Positions 9,546-19,353 of a DNA stretch of 64,000 nucleotides are shown here, in pieces. The translations under genes were made by a program, and so were the position numbers. Every line of letters begins with the position of its first letter. Positions within the stretch are counted from its first letter, which is position 1. Under the pieces are notes generated by a model. That model did not search any database and was not told where the DNA came from. It saw only the letters and a program-made list of their open reading frames with translations. This DNA comes from an uncultured delta proteobacterium (GTDB taxonomy: Bacteria; Desulfobacterota; Binatia; DP-6): NCBI GenBank assembly GCA_963815115.1, contig CAWFFN010000009.1:192001-256000 (forward strand), written 5' to 3'.

Positions 9546-10361
9546 TCACGCCCAGCGGATGCGCCGGTAGTCGAACTGCCGCTGCTCGAGCCCGGTGAGC
9601 TTCACGATCTCGAAGTACGGTGACAGGTCGAAGTCGCGCGGGGTGATCAAGGCGGACGGCTGACGATGGAAGAGATGCGGATACGGCCTGGGCTGGAGCC
9701 AGTCGCGCCAGCGGGGGCGCTCCGCCAGATCGTCGCCGGGAGTGACGGCGGGCAGGATGGGGAAGCCGACGTTCTGGAACGCGCGCGCGATCAGCGTCGA
9801 GCAGATGACCTCGGTGGTGAGGCCGTCGCCGAACTCGAGCGCGCGGCGGCGCCAGCGGCGCGGGATCAGCGAGACCGGGAAGAAGTATCGCGCCAGGTCG
9901 AGTGCGTTGCGCACGTCGTAGCACGAGCCGATCTGGCCCAGCACCTCGTCGAGGATGCGCCGGGCGTCCTCGGGCCGCAGCCCGCGCGGCCGGCAGACGC
10001 GGAGGTTGAGCTCCTCGTACTTGGCAATCGGCGACGCGACCACGCCCTCCTCCATCAGCGCCTCGACCATCAGGTGACGCGCGTCGTCGCCGAAGCGGAG
10101 CGCGAGCTCGGCGCGTCTCTCGGGATACCGCCGCCAGAGTTCGTCACCGATGTAGAGCGCCACGTGCGACCATGTGCTCTGCGTCAGGTACTTGATGACC
10201 TCGCTCACGCGCTGCTCGCCGTCGACCAGGAGGACGTCGCAGGGCTGCAGCGTTGCCCGCAGGGCGGCCAGGTTGTTCGGCAGCAGGCGATGGTACGTCC
10301 GGCGTTGCCGCGTCAACGCGCGGGTCGCGACTCCCATCAGCTTGCGGCGCAGCCAGCCCAT
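9546..10361 (-). CDS. YiiX/YebB-like permuted papain-like (NlpC/P60) amidase
   Basis: LQPCDVLLV, STWSHVALYIG (His) preceding VICSTLIARAF (Cys), ITPRDFD. Confidence 0.8.
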   Translation of the reverse strand: MGWLRRKLMGVATRALTRQRRTYHRLLPNNLAALRATLQPCDVLLVDGEQRVSEVIKYLTQSTWSHVALYIGDELWRRYPERRAELALRFGDDARHLMVEALMEEGVVASPIAKYEELNLRVCRPRGLRPEDARRILDEVLGQIGSCYDVRNALDLARYFFPVSLIPRRWRRRALEFGDGLTTEVICSTLIARAFQNVGFPILPAVTPGDDLAERPRWRDWLQPRPYPHLFHRQPSALITPRDFDLSPYFEIVKLTGLEQRQFDYRRIRWA

Positions 10362-10363
10362 CG

Positions 10364-11062
10364 ATGAGTACCATTGTAGATCGTCGGCGGAGCTCAGGGG
10401 AGCGAAAATCGCTTGCGCTCCCGCAAGGCGCCCCGGCGTTTCGCCGGCGGCTGCTTGCCTGGTACGGCCGGCACCGGCGAACGTTGCCCTGGCGCGGAAC
10501 ACGGGATCCCTACGCCGTCCTCGTCTCGGAGGTCATGCTTCAGCAGACGCAGGTGTCGCGCGTCATGGGGCACTATCCCCGCTTTCTGCGCCGCTATCCC
10601 ACGGTCGAGGACCTCGCCGCGGCGCCCGCCGAGGCGGTGCACGAGAGCTGGGCCGGGCTCGGCTACTACGCCCGGGCACGCAACCTCCATGCCGCTGCGC
10701 GTCACGTCGTCGGCCACCTCGGCGGGGTGTTTCCCGACGACCCGGCGGTGCTGGCGCGCCTGCCGGGGATTGGCCGCTACACCGCCGGCGCGCTGGCGAG
10801 CATCGCCTTCGGAGCCGACGAGCCCGCCGTCGACACCAACGTCGCCCGGGTGCTGGGGCGCGTCTTTCGCGTGCGCGGCCGGCGCGGCTCCGCGGCACGC
10901 GCGACCGCGCTCTGGCGCCTCGCGGGTCGCATCGTTCCCGCGAAGCGCGCCGGCGACTGGAACCAGGCGCTCATGGACCTCGGCGCGACGATCTGCGTGG
11001 CCCGGCGCCCGCGCTGCCCGGCGTGTCCGGTGGCGACGGTCTGCCGCTCGCGGCCGCGGTGA
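10364..11062 (+). CDS. mutY: A/G-specific adenine glycosylase, short form without C-terminal NUDIX-like domain
   Basis: LPWR, VSEVMLQQT, WAGLGYYARARNL, HhH LPGIGRYTA, VDTNV, FCL motif CVARRPRCPACPVATVC; start uncertain. Confidence 0.88.
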   Translation: MSTIVDRRRSSGERKSLALPQGAPAFRRRLLAWYGRHRRTLPWRGTRDPYAVLVSEVMLQQTQVSRVMGHYPRFLRRYPTVEDLAAAPAEAVHESWAGLGYYARARNLHAAARHVVGHLGGVFPDDPAVLARLPGIGRYTAGALASIAFGADEPAVDTNVARVLGRVFRVRGRRGSAARATALWRLAGRIVPAKRAGDWNQALMDLGATICVARRPRCPACPVATVCRSRPR

Positions 11063-11522
11063 GGTCTCCGGGGTCGAGCCGGCGCAGCCAGCGAGTGCGC
11101 TCGAGGCGGTGGAAGCCCTCGCGCGCATAGAGGTGTGCCGCGCGCGCGTGGGTGGCGTCGACCTCGAGGTCGAGCGTGCGCGCCCCCCGTGCCCGCGCCG
11201 CGTCGACGGCGGCGGCGAGCAGCAGCCGTCCGATGCCACGGCCGCGATGCGACGGCGCGATGTACAGCTCCTCGAGCCACATCGCGGGGCCCCCGTGCTC
11301 GAGCGTCCACATGGCCGAGAGCGCGGCGATGCCGACGACCCCGCCGTCCACCAGCGCGACCAGGACGGCCCCGCGCTCGGCGTGCGCCATGAGCCCGTCG
11401 AGCGCGAAGGCGATGGCCGTCTCCGGCGTGTCGATGCGGTGCTCGCGGAGCTGCGCCACGAGCAGCGCGAGCACGGCCTCGCGGTCGGCGGGCCGCGCGA
11501 GCCGGACTTCCGTGGGGCTCAT
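10971..11522 (-). CDS. GNAT family N-acetyltransferase
   Basis: LEELYIAPSHRGRGIG acetyl-CoA motif, AAHLYAREGF. Confidence 0.82.
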   Translation of the reverse strand: MSPTEVRLARPADREAVLALLVAQLREHRIDTPETAIAFALDGLMAHAERGAVLVALVDGGVVGIAALSAMWTLEHGGPAMWLEELYIAPSHRGRGIGRLLLAAAVDAARARGARTLDLEVDATHARAAHLYAREGFHRLERTRWLRRLDPGDLTAAASGRPSPPDTPGSAGAGPRRSSRRGP

Positions 11523-11556
11523 GCCGCCTGGGATGCCACAGACCCGGCGGGGATTC

Positions 11557-12640
11557 CTACAGCAGGCCGGCGTGCACCAGGTACTCGGCGACCAGCACGA
11601 GACCCTTCGCCGCCCCCAGGCGCGTGTTGTGCGCCAGCGCCACGTACTTGAGGCCGTTCGGCAGCGCGGGTTCGGGCCGTAGCCGTCCGACGCTGGCGGC
11701 CATGCCGCCCTCGGCGTCGCGGTCGAGCCTGGGCTGCGGGCGGAACGGGTCGTCGTGCACGATGATGGGCCGGCGCGGCGCGCTCGGCAGGTCGAGGCCG
11801 CCGTAGTCGCCCGCGAAGCTGCGCATGGCGTCCGCGGCCGCGGCCGGATCGCAGGGTCGCTCGGTCTCGACCGCGACGGCGGCGGTGTGCCCGTCGAGCA
11901 CCGCCGCGCGCGTGCAGGTGGCGCCGACCGGCGCGGGGTGCGGCTCGATGCCGCCCTCGACCAGGCGGCCGAGAATCTTCCCGGCCTCCGTCGCGACCTT
12001 CTCCTCCTCCTTCGGGATGTACGGCACGAGGTTGTCGACCATGTCGAGCGCGAGCACGCCGCCCGCACGGCCGGCTCCCGAGATGCCCTGCATGGTGGTG
12101 AGGAGGACGCGCCGCACGCCGAAGGCATCGACGAGGGGCTTGAGCGAGACGACCAGGCCGACGACCGTGCAGTTCGACTGCGGCAGGAGGTATCCGCTCC
12201 AGCCGCGCTGCCGCCGCTGGTGCTCGATGAGCGGCAGGTGCGCTGCCATGTTCACGCCGGGTACGAGGATCGGCACGTCGGGCTCGTAACGATACGCCGA
12301 GGCGCTGCTCAACGTGGGCACCGCGCGCGCGAACCGCGGCTCGAGATCGCGCGCGGCATCGGACTCGACGAGCGAGAACACGACGTCGACCAGACCCGGA
12401 TCGAGCGCTGCCGCCTCCTGCACCTCGAGGTCGAGCATCGCGGCGGCCGGCTCCTCGCGGCACCACCACAGGCGCGCCCCGTTCTTGTCGCGGATGGCGT
12501 CCCGGTAGGGACGTCCCGCGCTGCGCGCCGAAGCCGCCAGTGCCGTCACCTCGAACCACGGATGGTCCGCGAGGGCGACCAGGGCCTGCTGCCCCGCGAT
12601 GCCCGTGGCTCCGACGACGGCGGCGCGTCCGCTTGCGCAT
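11557..12640 (-). CDS. asd: Aspartate-semialdehyde dehydrogenase (archaeal-type); apparent 1-nt frameshift just after the ATG
   Basis: Frame continues upstream of the called ORF as AAVVGATGIAGQ..HPWFEV; QSNC catalytic Cys, TMQGISGAG, HNTRLGAA; ATG at 12640 is one base out of frame. Confidence 0.88.
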
Positions 12641-12704
12641 TGGCGGGGAGTATCCTGGCCCGGTCGGACCAGTCAATTGTGACGGTGGCGCCGGTCGCGG
12701 GGCG

Positions 12705-13817
12705 CTACTTGCTCGAGAGGAGCCAGCGCCGGGTGGGCTCGTACACCTCCGACGCGGCCAGGCGTCCCACCAGGAGGTCGAGGTGGCCGTGCAGCGGCAC
12801 GTCGCGGACCGTGGTCTTGTCGCCGCCGAACTGCTTCGCGCCGTCACGCACCTGCGCGATCCAGGCGGGCCCCATGTTGCCCGACGCGAAGGCGAGCACC
12901 GGGAGCTTGTGGCGGGGCGCGCCCCCGGTCGAGCCGGCGGATGCGGCGCCTGGCCACCAGCGGTCCTCGGTGTTGAGCAGCTGCGCCAGCACGCGCACGT
13001 CGCTGACGCCGTTGCGCGCGGCGCTGAGACCGCCCTGCCCTCCGAACGCCGGCGAGGTGTACACGATGTCGGCGAGTGCCGCGCCGGCCGTCGCATAGCC
13101 CCCGATCGGCGACGGGTTGTTCGGGCTCGCGATCACGGCCTTCAGCAGGCGCTCGCGGTCGGCGTACGGCAGCCGGCTGCCGGCGACGTCGATGGCGGCG
13201 CCGCCGCCCTCGGGCGGCCGACCGCCGGAGGGCACGCCGTCGATGATGATCAACCCCGCGATCGGCTGATCGCCCGAGGAGGCGAGTCCGTAGGCGAGCC
13301 CGGCCCCGTAGCTGAACCCGGCGAGATAGAGCGGTGCGGGATCGGCGCCGCGCACGAACGCCGCGGCCCAGTCGGCGTCCTTCAGGAAGACGTCGCGCGA
13401 CCAGGTGGCGAGCGCCGCGAGCTGATCCTGCGACGCGTTGGCCGGGACGTTGTGGGTGCGATAGTCGAGGCTCCAGGCACGAATCCCCGCCTGCGCGAGG
13501 TAGAGGCGCAGGTCGTAGCGCGCGTCGGTGCTGGCCACCTCGCCGTTCATGTGCATGCCCGGGAGGAAGAGGACGACCGGGCCGCCGGCTCCGTTGCAGA
13601 GGGCGAGCCGCCTGAGCCCGATGCGATCGACCAGCCCGCCGGGAGGCCGGATGCACGTGAAGACGTCCTCGCACAGGGTTTCTCCCCGGACCTGGCGCTC
13701 CGAGGACAGCCGCATGCAGGCCGCACCCGAGGTGTCGCGCACCACGCGGGTGCGTCCGCCGCAGGCCGCCGCCGCCAGGACCAGCGCGAGCAGCGCCGTC
13801 GACCGGTACCAGCTCAT
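12705..13817 (-). CDS. Putative lipoprotein alpha/beta hydrolase
   Basis: Lipobox-like LAAAAC, FLPG oxyanion motif, GFSYG nucleophile elbow, C-terminal HGHLD. Confidence 0.7.
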   Translation of the reverse strand: MSWYRSTALLALVLAAAACGGRTRVVRDTSGAACMRLSSERQVRGETLCEDVFTCIRPPGGLVDRIGLRRLALCNGAGGPVVLFLPGMHMNGEVASTDARYDLRLYLAQAGIRAWSLDYRTHNVPANASQDQLAALATWSRDVFLKDADWAAAFVRGADPAPLYLAGFSYGAGLAYGLASSGDQPIAGLIIIDGVPSGGRPPEGGGAAIDVAGSRLPYADRERLLKAVIASPNNPSPIGGYATAGAALADIVYTSPAFGGQGGLSAARNGVSDVRVLAQLLNTEDRWWPGAASAGSTGGAPRHKLPVLAFASGNMGPAWIAQVRDGAKQFGGDKTTVRDVPLHGHLDLLVGRLAASEVYEPTRRWLLSSK

Positions 13818-14692
13818 TGCGCGCGCAGGAACTCGATGAACTTCTCGGCCGCGGGAGAGAAGTGCTTGCCCTGGCGGTGGATGATGCCGATCGGACGCAG
13901 GAGGACCTCGTCGGCGAGCTGCACCACGGCGAGCGTCTTCTGGCGCACCTCCGGCCGCACCGCCGGCTCCGGCAGGAAGGCGAGGCCCTGGCCGATCTCG
14001 ACCAGCCGCTTCATGGTCTCGACGTTGTCCAGCTCCATGACGTACCGTACCTCGGCACCATGGCGGCGCAGCAGGCGATCGGTCTCCTTGCGGGTGGGAA
14101 TGTCGCGCTCGAACCCGACGAACTGCTCGCCCGAGAGCTTGCGGACGGCGACCTGGCGGTGGCGGGCCAGCGGATGGCCGGGCGGGCAGACCAGCACCAG
14201 CCGGTCCTCGCGGAAGGGCAGGACGGTGATCCCCGATCTGCGCGTGGGGTAGGCCACGATGCCGAGGTCGATGTTGCCGCGCGCGGCGTCGTCGTAGATC
14301 TTGCTGGACCGGGAATACTCGAGGCGGAGGTGGACTTGCGGGAAGGCCTTCAGGTAGCGCTTGAGGGGGCCCGACAGCTCGTAGAGGCCGATGGAGTGCA
14401 CCGTCGCCACGCGCACCGTGCCCCCGACCACCCTCGCGGCCGCCTGGAGCTCGCTCTCCATCTCCTGAAAGCGCTGTACGATGTCCTTGCTCGCCTGGTA
14501 GAGGACCTCGCCCGCGGGCGTGAGCTGCACGTTGCCGCGCGTGCGCTCGAGGAGACGGCGGCCGTAACGGTCCTCGAGCATCCGGACCTGTTGGCTCACG
14601 GCCGACTGCGTGACAAAATTCTGCGAAGCGGCAGCGGAGAAGCTCTTGCTCTCCACGACGTCACAGAACACCTTGAGGGTCTCCAGATGCAT
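13814..14692 (-). CDS. LysR family transcriptional regulator
   Basis: N-terminal HTH SFSAAA..TQSAVSQQVRMLE, LTPAGE; 292 aa. Confidence 0.93.
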   Translation of the reverse strand: MHLETLKVFCDVVESKSFSAAASQNFVTQSAVSQQVRMLEDRYGRRLLERTRGNVQLTPAGEVLYQASKDIVQRFQEMESELQAAARVVGGTVRVATVHSIGLYELSGPLKRYLKAFPQVHLRLEYSRSSKIYDDAARGNIDLGIVAYPTRRSGITVLPFREDRLVLVCPPGHPLARHRQVAVRKLSGEQFVGFERDIPTRKETDRLLRRHGAEVRYVMELDNVETMKRLVEIGQGLAFLPEPAVRPEVRQKTLAVVQLADEVLLRPIGIIHRQGKHFSPAAEKFIEFLRAQ

Positions 14693-14775
14693 CCCCTAAT
14701 GAGTCAGCAGCGGAGCGTGAGGCCCTCTCATATGGGCGGCTCGCGGGACTTGCAACCGCGGTCTCCGGAGGCGCG

Positions 14776-15937
14776 ATGAGCGACGACGTAGACTACTACC
14801 GGATCGGCGAGCTGTTCGCGGAAGAGGAGCGCATGACGGCCGCCAGCGTGCGCAACTTCGTCGAGCGGGAGGCGCTCCCGCTGATCGAGGGGGCTCACTC
14901 GCGGGAGGAGTTCCCGCGTCAGCTCATCCCACGCATGGGAGAGCTGGGATTCTTCGGTGCTCACCTGAAGGGATACGGCTGCGCAGGCCTCTCCGCGGTC
15001 GCGTACGGGCTCATCTGCCAGGAGCTCGAAGCGGGCGACTCGGGGCTGCGCTCGATGGCGTCGGTGCAGGGCTCGCTTGCCATGTACTCCATCTGGCGCT
15101 GGGGGAGCGAGGAGCAGAAACGGCGCTGGCTTCCCGAGATGGCCACCGGCCGGCTTGATCGGCTGCTTCGGGCTGACCGAGCCGGACCACGGCTCCGATC
15201 CGGGCGGAATGGAGACCCGCGCTCGCCGGGACGGCTCGCACTGGATCCTCAACGGCACGAAGCGCTGGATCACCAACGGCTCGATCGCCGACGTCTCGAC
15301 CGTGTGGGCGAAGGACGGCGATACCATCCGTGGCTTCCTCGTCGAGCGCGGAACGCCCGGGTTCTCGGCGCACGACATCAAGGGGAAGTTCTCGCTGCGG
15401 GCCTCGATCACCTCGGAGCTGGTGCTGGAGGACGTGCGGGTGCCCGCATCGAGCATGCTTCCGGACGCCGAGGGCCTCGCCGGGCCCTTCTCGTGCCTCA
15501 ACCAGGCGCGCTACGGCATCGTCTGGGGCGCCATCGGCGCCGCGCGCACGTGCTACCTGACGGCGCTGCGCTACGCCCAGGCGCGCACGCAGTTCGGGAG
15601 GCCCCTGGCGAGCTTCCAGCTCGTGCAGGCCAAGCTCGTTCACATGGTCAGCGAGATCACCAAGGCACAGCTCGTCGCCTGGCGGCTCGGATGCCTGAAG
15701 GACGCCGGCCAGGTGCGACCCGAGCAGGTGTCGCTCGCCAAGCGCAACAACGTCGGGCAGGCGCTCGACATCGCCCGCCTGGCCCGCGACGTGCTGGGCG
15801 CCAGCGGCATAGTCAACGAGTACCCGGTGATCCGTCACATGCTGAACCTCGAGACCGTGAACACCTACGAGGGGACCTACGACATGCACACGCTGATCAT
15901 CGGGCGCGACCTGACCGGCCTCGACGCCATCCGGTAG
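14776..15937 (+). CDS. Acyl-CoA dehydrogenase (glutaryl-CoA dehydrogenase-like); apparent +1 frameshift near 15155
   Basis: N-half in ORF 14776 (ELEAGDSGLRS, SVQGSL) joins C-half in ORF 15077 (GCFGLTEPDHGSDP, KRWITNG, TYEGT); one extra base in CGGCTTGATCGGC. Confidence 0.88.
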
Positions 15938-15957
15938 GGCGACGGACCGGCGCGCAC

Positions 15958-16773
15958 GTGGAACTCACCGGCAAGGTTGCCCTGGTCACCGGCGCGGCAC
16001 GCGGGCTCGGGCGCGCCACCGCCGTCGCGCTCGCGCGCGCGGGCTGCGACGTCGCGGTCTCGGACCTCGCGCGCGCCGGCGATGGCGTGACGCCCTATCG
16101 CCTCGCCTCGAACGACGATCTGGAGGCGACGGCGGCGGAGGTCGAGCGCGTCGGGCGACGGAGCGTCGCGCTCCACGCCGACGTCAGCGTCGCCGACGAC
16201 GTCGGCCGCCTCGTGGCCACCGTCGTGGAGCGGCTGGGTGGTCTCGACGTGCTCGTCGCCAACGCGGGCATCATCGCCGCCGCCCCGGTAGCGGCGATGG
16301 ACGAAGCGGCCTGGGACCGCATCTTCGCCGTCAACGTGAAGGGTGTCTTCCTGTGCGCGCGGGCCGCCATTCCCCACCTGGCGCAGCGCGGCGCCGGTCG
16401 GATCGTCAACGTGGCGTCGGTGGCGGGCAAGACGGGCCGTGCCGGGCTCTCCGCCTACTGTGCCTCGAAGGCGGCGGTGATCTCGCTGACCCAGGCGCTC
16501 GCCGAGGAGCTCGGGCCGGTCGGGGTGGCGGTGAACGCGCTCTGTCCCGGGTACATCCAGACGGCGATGTGGACCGAGGTGCTCAACCCGGTGCTGGCCG
16601 GCATGCTGGGCGTGCCGTCCGATCGTGTGTTCCAGGACTTCGTCCAGCGCACCACGTATCTCAAGCGCGAGCAGACCCCGGAGGAGATCGCGGACGCCGC
16701 GGTCTACCTCTGCCGCGCCGAGAACGTGACCGGCATCACCCTCACGATCGCCGGGGGGGGCGAGGTGCACTGA
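15958..16773 (+). CDS. SDR family oxidoreductase (resembles mycofactocin-coupled SDRs)
   Basis: TGAARGLG, ANAGI, YCASK; insertion DLA..TPYRLASNDDLEAT after the Rossmann motif. Confidence 0.88.
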   Translation: MELTGKVALVTGAARGLGRATAVALARAGCDVAVSDLARAGDGVTPYRLASNDDLEATAAEVERVGRRSVALHADVSVADDVGRLVATVVERLGGLDVLVANAGIIAAAPVAAMDEAAWDRIFAVNVKGVFLCARAAIPHLAQRGAGRIVNVASVAGKTGRAGLSAYCASKAAVISLTQALAEELGPVGVAVNALCPGYIQTAMWTEVLNPVLAGMLGVPSDRVFQDFVQRTTYLKREQTPEEIADAAVYLCRAENVTGITLTIAGGGEVH

Positions 16774-16994
16774 TGGCGCTCGCGGCCGTCACGCTTCCCG
16801 TCATCGAGCGCATCTTCGAGGTGCTCGATCGCCTGGGCATCTCGCGCGAGGCCGTCGTGATCCCGCTCAAGCCGGCGAGCCCGGGCGGCATCCGGCGGCT
16901 CCCGAACGGCAAGCTCGAGATCACCGTCGACGCCGACACGCCCCTCGACGCCTGGCTGCCCGACCTCGAGGAGCGCTTGCGGGCGCTCGCCTAG
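16773..16994 (+). CDS. Small hypothetical protein (73 aa)
   Basis: ATG overlaps the SDR stop (TGATG); protein-like composition. Confidence 0.65.
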   Translation: MALAAVTLPVIERIFEVLDRLGISREAVVIPLKPASPGGIRRLPNGKLEITVDADTPLDAWLPDLEERLRALA

Positions 16995-17110
16995 GAGAGC
17001 GCCCCGAGACTTCGTCTCGGGTCGCAAGCGGAGGCGAGCGTGTGGCGTTCGGCGAATCGAGCGGACGCCGTGCCGCGGCCGGCAAAGCCGGCGCGGCAAC
17101 CGTGGCATGC
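16992..17110 (+). repeat. Multi-hairpin dispersed repeat, copy 3
   Basis: TAGGAGAGC-GCCCCGAGAC-TTC-GTCTCGGG..GCGGAGGCGAGCGTGTGGCGTTC..GGACGCCG-TGCCGCGGCCGGC-AAA-GCCGGCGCGGCA. Confidence 0.9.
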
Positions 17111-17191
17111 CCAGGGTTCCGTCCCGATCCGTCTCCTGCGCCGGGGGGTCACGACCCGATCCTGGCACTGGGGCCGGCTGCGCCGAGTCTT

Positions 17192-18232
17192 TCAATCGGG
17201 ACCCGGCTGCACGAAGGCGGCGATGGCGTCGACGACCCCGTCGGCGAGCGGGTACCCCTCGTCGGCATAGGTGGACGCGACCTGGCCCGGAGCGAGGGAG
17301 GCGGGATCGCGTGTCTCCCGTTTGAAGACGTGATTGGCGCCCGCGATCACCTGCCTGGTCTTCGCCCCCGGCTTCGACCCGAGCGCGTCGAAGAGGCGAT
17401 CGCCGTCCGCGCGCGAGACCTGGGCATCGTGTGCGGCGGAGAGCACGAGCGCCCGTCCGTGGTACGCGCGCGCCGGCTCGAGCGGGTCGGCGAGCAGCAG
17501 CTCGCGCACCACCTTCGCCTGCTGCGGACCCGTCGCCTGCATCCATAGCAGGCGAGCTTCGGGCACGCGTGCCATGTCGGGAGGCCGTGCATCGGGCAGC
17601 TTCCGCACCGCCTCCCGGAAGGCGGCGAGCTCGTCCTCCACCACCGCCATGTCGCCGCCTGCCTTCCGATGCAGGTCCCGGATCTGGCCGATCGCAGTCT
17701 CGAGGAGGCTCCGCGACGGTCCGGCCATGCTGATCAACCCGCCGAATCGCGCCGAGTCCTGCCTGGCGACGGCCGCCGAGGTCATGTGCAGGGAGCCCTC
17801 GCTGTGGCCCAGGAGGGACACCGTGCCGCACTCGGGGCGCGCGGCGAGGAAGTCGAAGGCGGCCGAGGCCTCCTCGACGTAGTGGGCGAGGGAGAGGACA
17901 TCGAGGTTGCCCTCGTTCGTCCCCGAGCCCACCTTGTCGAAGCGGAGCGAGCCGATGTTCCGGGCGGCGAGGCTGTCGGCGAGCTGCCTCGCACTGCCGT
18001 TCCGCCCCGGCAACATGGGCGAGAGCCAGTCCCGGTCCGTCGGACCGCTGCCCGCGAAGAACACGATGCAGGGAACGGGCGCGGTCGTTTCGGGGATCAC
18101 GAGGGTCGCCGGCAGGGACCACGGCGCGCCGGAAGCCCGGATGACGACGGGCTCGTTCACGGCCGCGTGCGCCGGCGCCGCTGCGAAGGCGCGGAGGGCG
18201 ACGAGCAGGACGACGGACGACGTGGCGAGCAC
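17192..18232 (-). CDS. Secreted alpha/beta hydrolase
   Basis: Signal peptide, AGSGPTDRD, RFDKVG, GHSEG nucleophile, D..QV, GANHVFK; start approximate. Confidence 0.82.
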   Translation of the reverse strand: MLATSSVVLLVALRAFAAAPAHAAVNEPVVIRASGAPWSLPATLVIPETTAPVPCIVFFAGSGPTDRDWLSPMLPGRNGSARQLADSLAARNIGSLRFDKVGSGTNEGNLDVLSLAHYVEEASAAFDFLAARPECGTVSLLGHSEGSLHMTSAAVARQDSARFGGLISMAGPSRSLLETAIGQIRDLHRKAGGDMAVVEDELAAFREAVRKLPDARPPDMARVPEARLLWMQATGPQQAKVVRELLLADPLEPARAYHGRALVLSAAHDAQVSRADGDRLFDALGSKPGAKTRQVIAGANHVFKRETRDPASLAPGQVASTYADEGYPLADGVVDAIAAFVQPGPD

Positions 18233-18266
18233 GCCGCGGCGCGTGCTACACGCGTGCGCTGCCGCC

Positions 18267-19205
18267 ATGTCGGTCACCGTTCGCCCGATCCGCGAAGACG
18301 ACCTCGCCGCCGTCGAGCGCGTCTTCCGGCTCGCGTTCGGCACCCACGTCGGCCTCCCGGATCCGCTCACGTTCGCGGGTGATTCCGACTGGACGCGCAC
18401 CCGCTGGCTGGCGACTCCGGAGGCCGCCTTCGTCGCCGAGCGCGATGGCGAGATCGTGGGCTCGAACTTCGCGACGCGCTGGGGAAGCGTGGCCACGTTC
18501 GGCCCGCTCAGCGTCCGGCCCGACTGCTGGGACCAGGGCGTCGCGCAGCGGCTGCTCGCGCCGGTGATGGACCGCTTCGAGGCCTGGGGCATCCGGCATG
18601 CCGGGCTCTATACCTTTGCCCAGAGCCCGAAGCATGTGAACCTGTACGCCAAGTACGGCTTCTGGCCCGGGCCGCTGATGGCCGTCATGGAGAAGGGTCC
18701 GGGAGCGGCGGCCGGCGGCGCGCTCGAGCGCTACTCGACGGTGCCTCTCGTGGAGCGTGCCGAGGTCCTCGCCGCGTGCCGCCGCGTGACCGATGCCGTG
18801 TGCGAGGGGCTCGACCTCGCCAGCGAGATCGCCGCGGTCCATCGTGAGGGCTTCGGAGACACCGTGATCGTGCGAGAGGGCCAGGAGCTCGCGGGATTCG
18901 CGGTCTGTCACGTGGGCCCCGGGACGGAGGCCGGCAGCGGAAGCTGTTACGTGAAGTTCGCCGCCGTCGCCCCCTGCGCGCGCGCGCCGATGCTTCTGGA
19001 GAGGCTCCTCGCCGCGTGTGAGGGTTTTGCGAAGTTCCGAGGCAGCCCGTCACTGGTTGCCGGCGTCAGCATGGGGCGTGCGTCCGCCTACCGCGCTCTC
19101 CGGACGAGCGGCTTTCGCACCATCCTCCAGGGAGTCACCATGCACCGGCCGAGCTCCGCCCCCTACCACGACGCGGATGACTTGGTGCTGGACGACTGGC
19201 GCTGA
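18267..19205 (+). CDS. GNAT family N-acetyltransferase (two-domain)
   Basis: FGPLSVRPDCWDQGVAQRL, LYAKYGF. Confidence 0.8.
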   Translation: MSVTVRPIREDDLAAVERVFRLAFGTHVGLPDPLTFAGDSDWTRTRWLATPEAAFVAERDGEIVGSNFATRWGSVATFGPLSVRPDCWDQGVAQRLLAPVMDRFEAWGIRHAGLYTFAQSPKHVNLYAKYGFWPGPLMAVMEKGPGAAAGGALERYSTVPLVERAEVLAACRRVTDAVCEGLDLASEIAAVHREGFGDTVIVREGQELAGFAVCHVGPGTEAGSGSCYVKFAAVAPCARAPMLLERLLAACEGFAKFRGSPSLVAGVSMGRASAYRALRTSGFRTILQGVTMHRPSSAPYHDADDLVLDDWR

Positions 19206-19353
19206 AACGCTGCCGGTCCGAAGCCCGTCGGTCCGTTCATCGAGCCCTCCGGTCGGATCGGCTGCTTTCCTGTTGCCCCCGGCGTGCCGGCGATGGCAGT
19301 AATGCCGGTCACCTAGACCCCCCGCATCGCCGGGCACGGAGGAGGACGACAGC

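Noticed and set aside
14776-16773. 665-aa acyl-CoA dehydrogenase-SDR fusion ORF
   Set aside because: Artifact of the frameshift near 15155; the middle is off-frame sequence and the SDR has its own GTG at 15958
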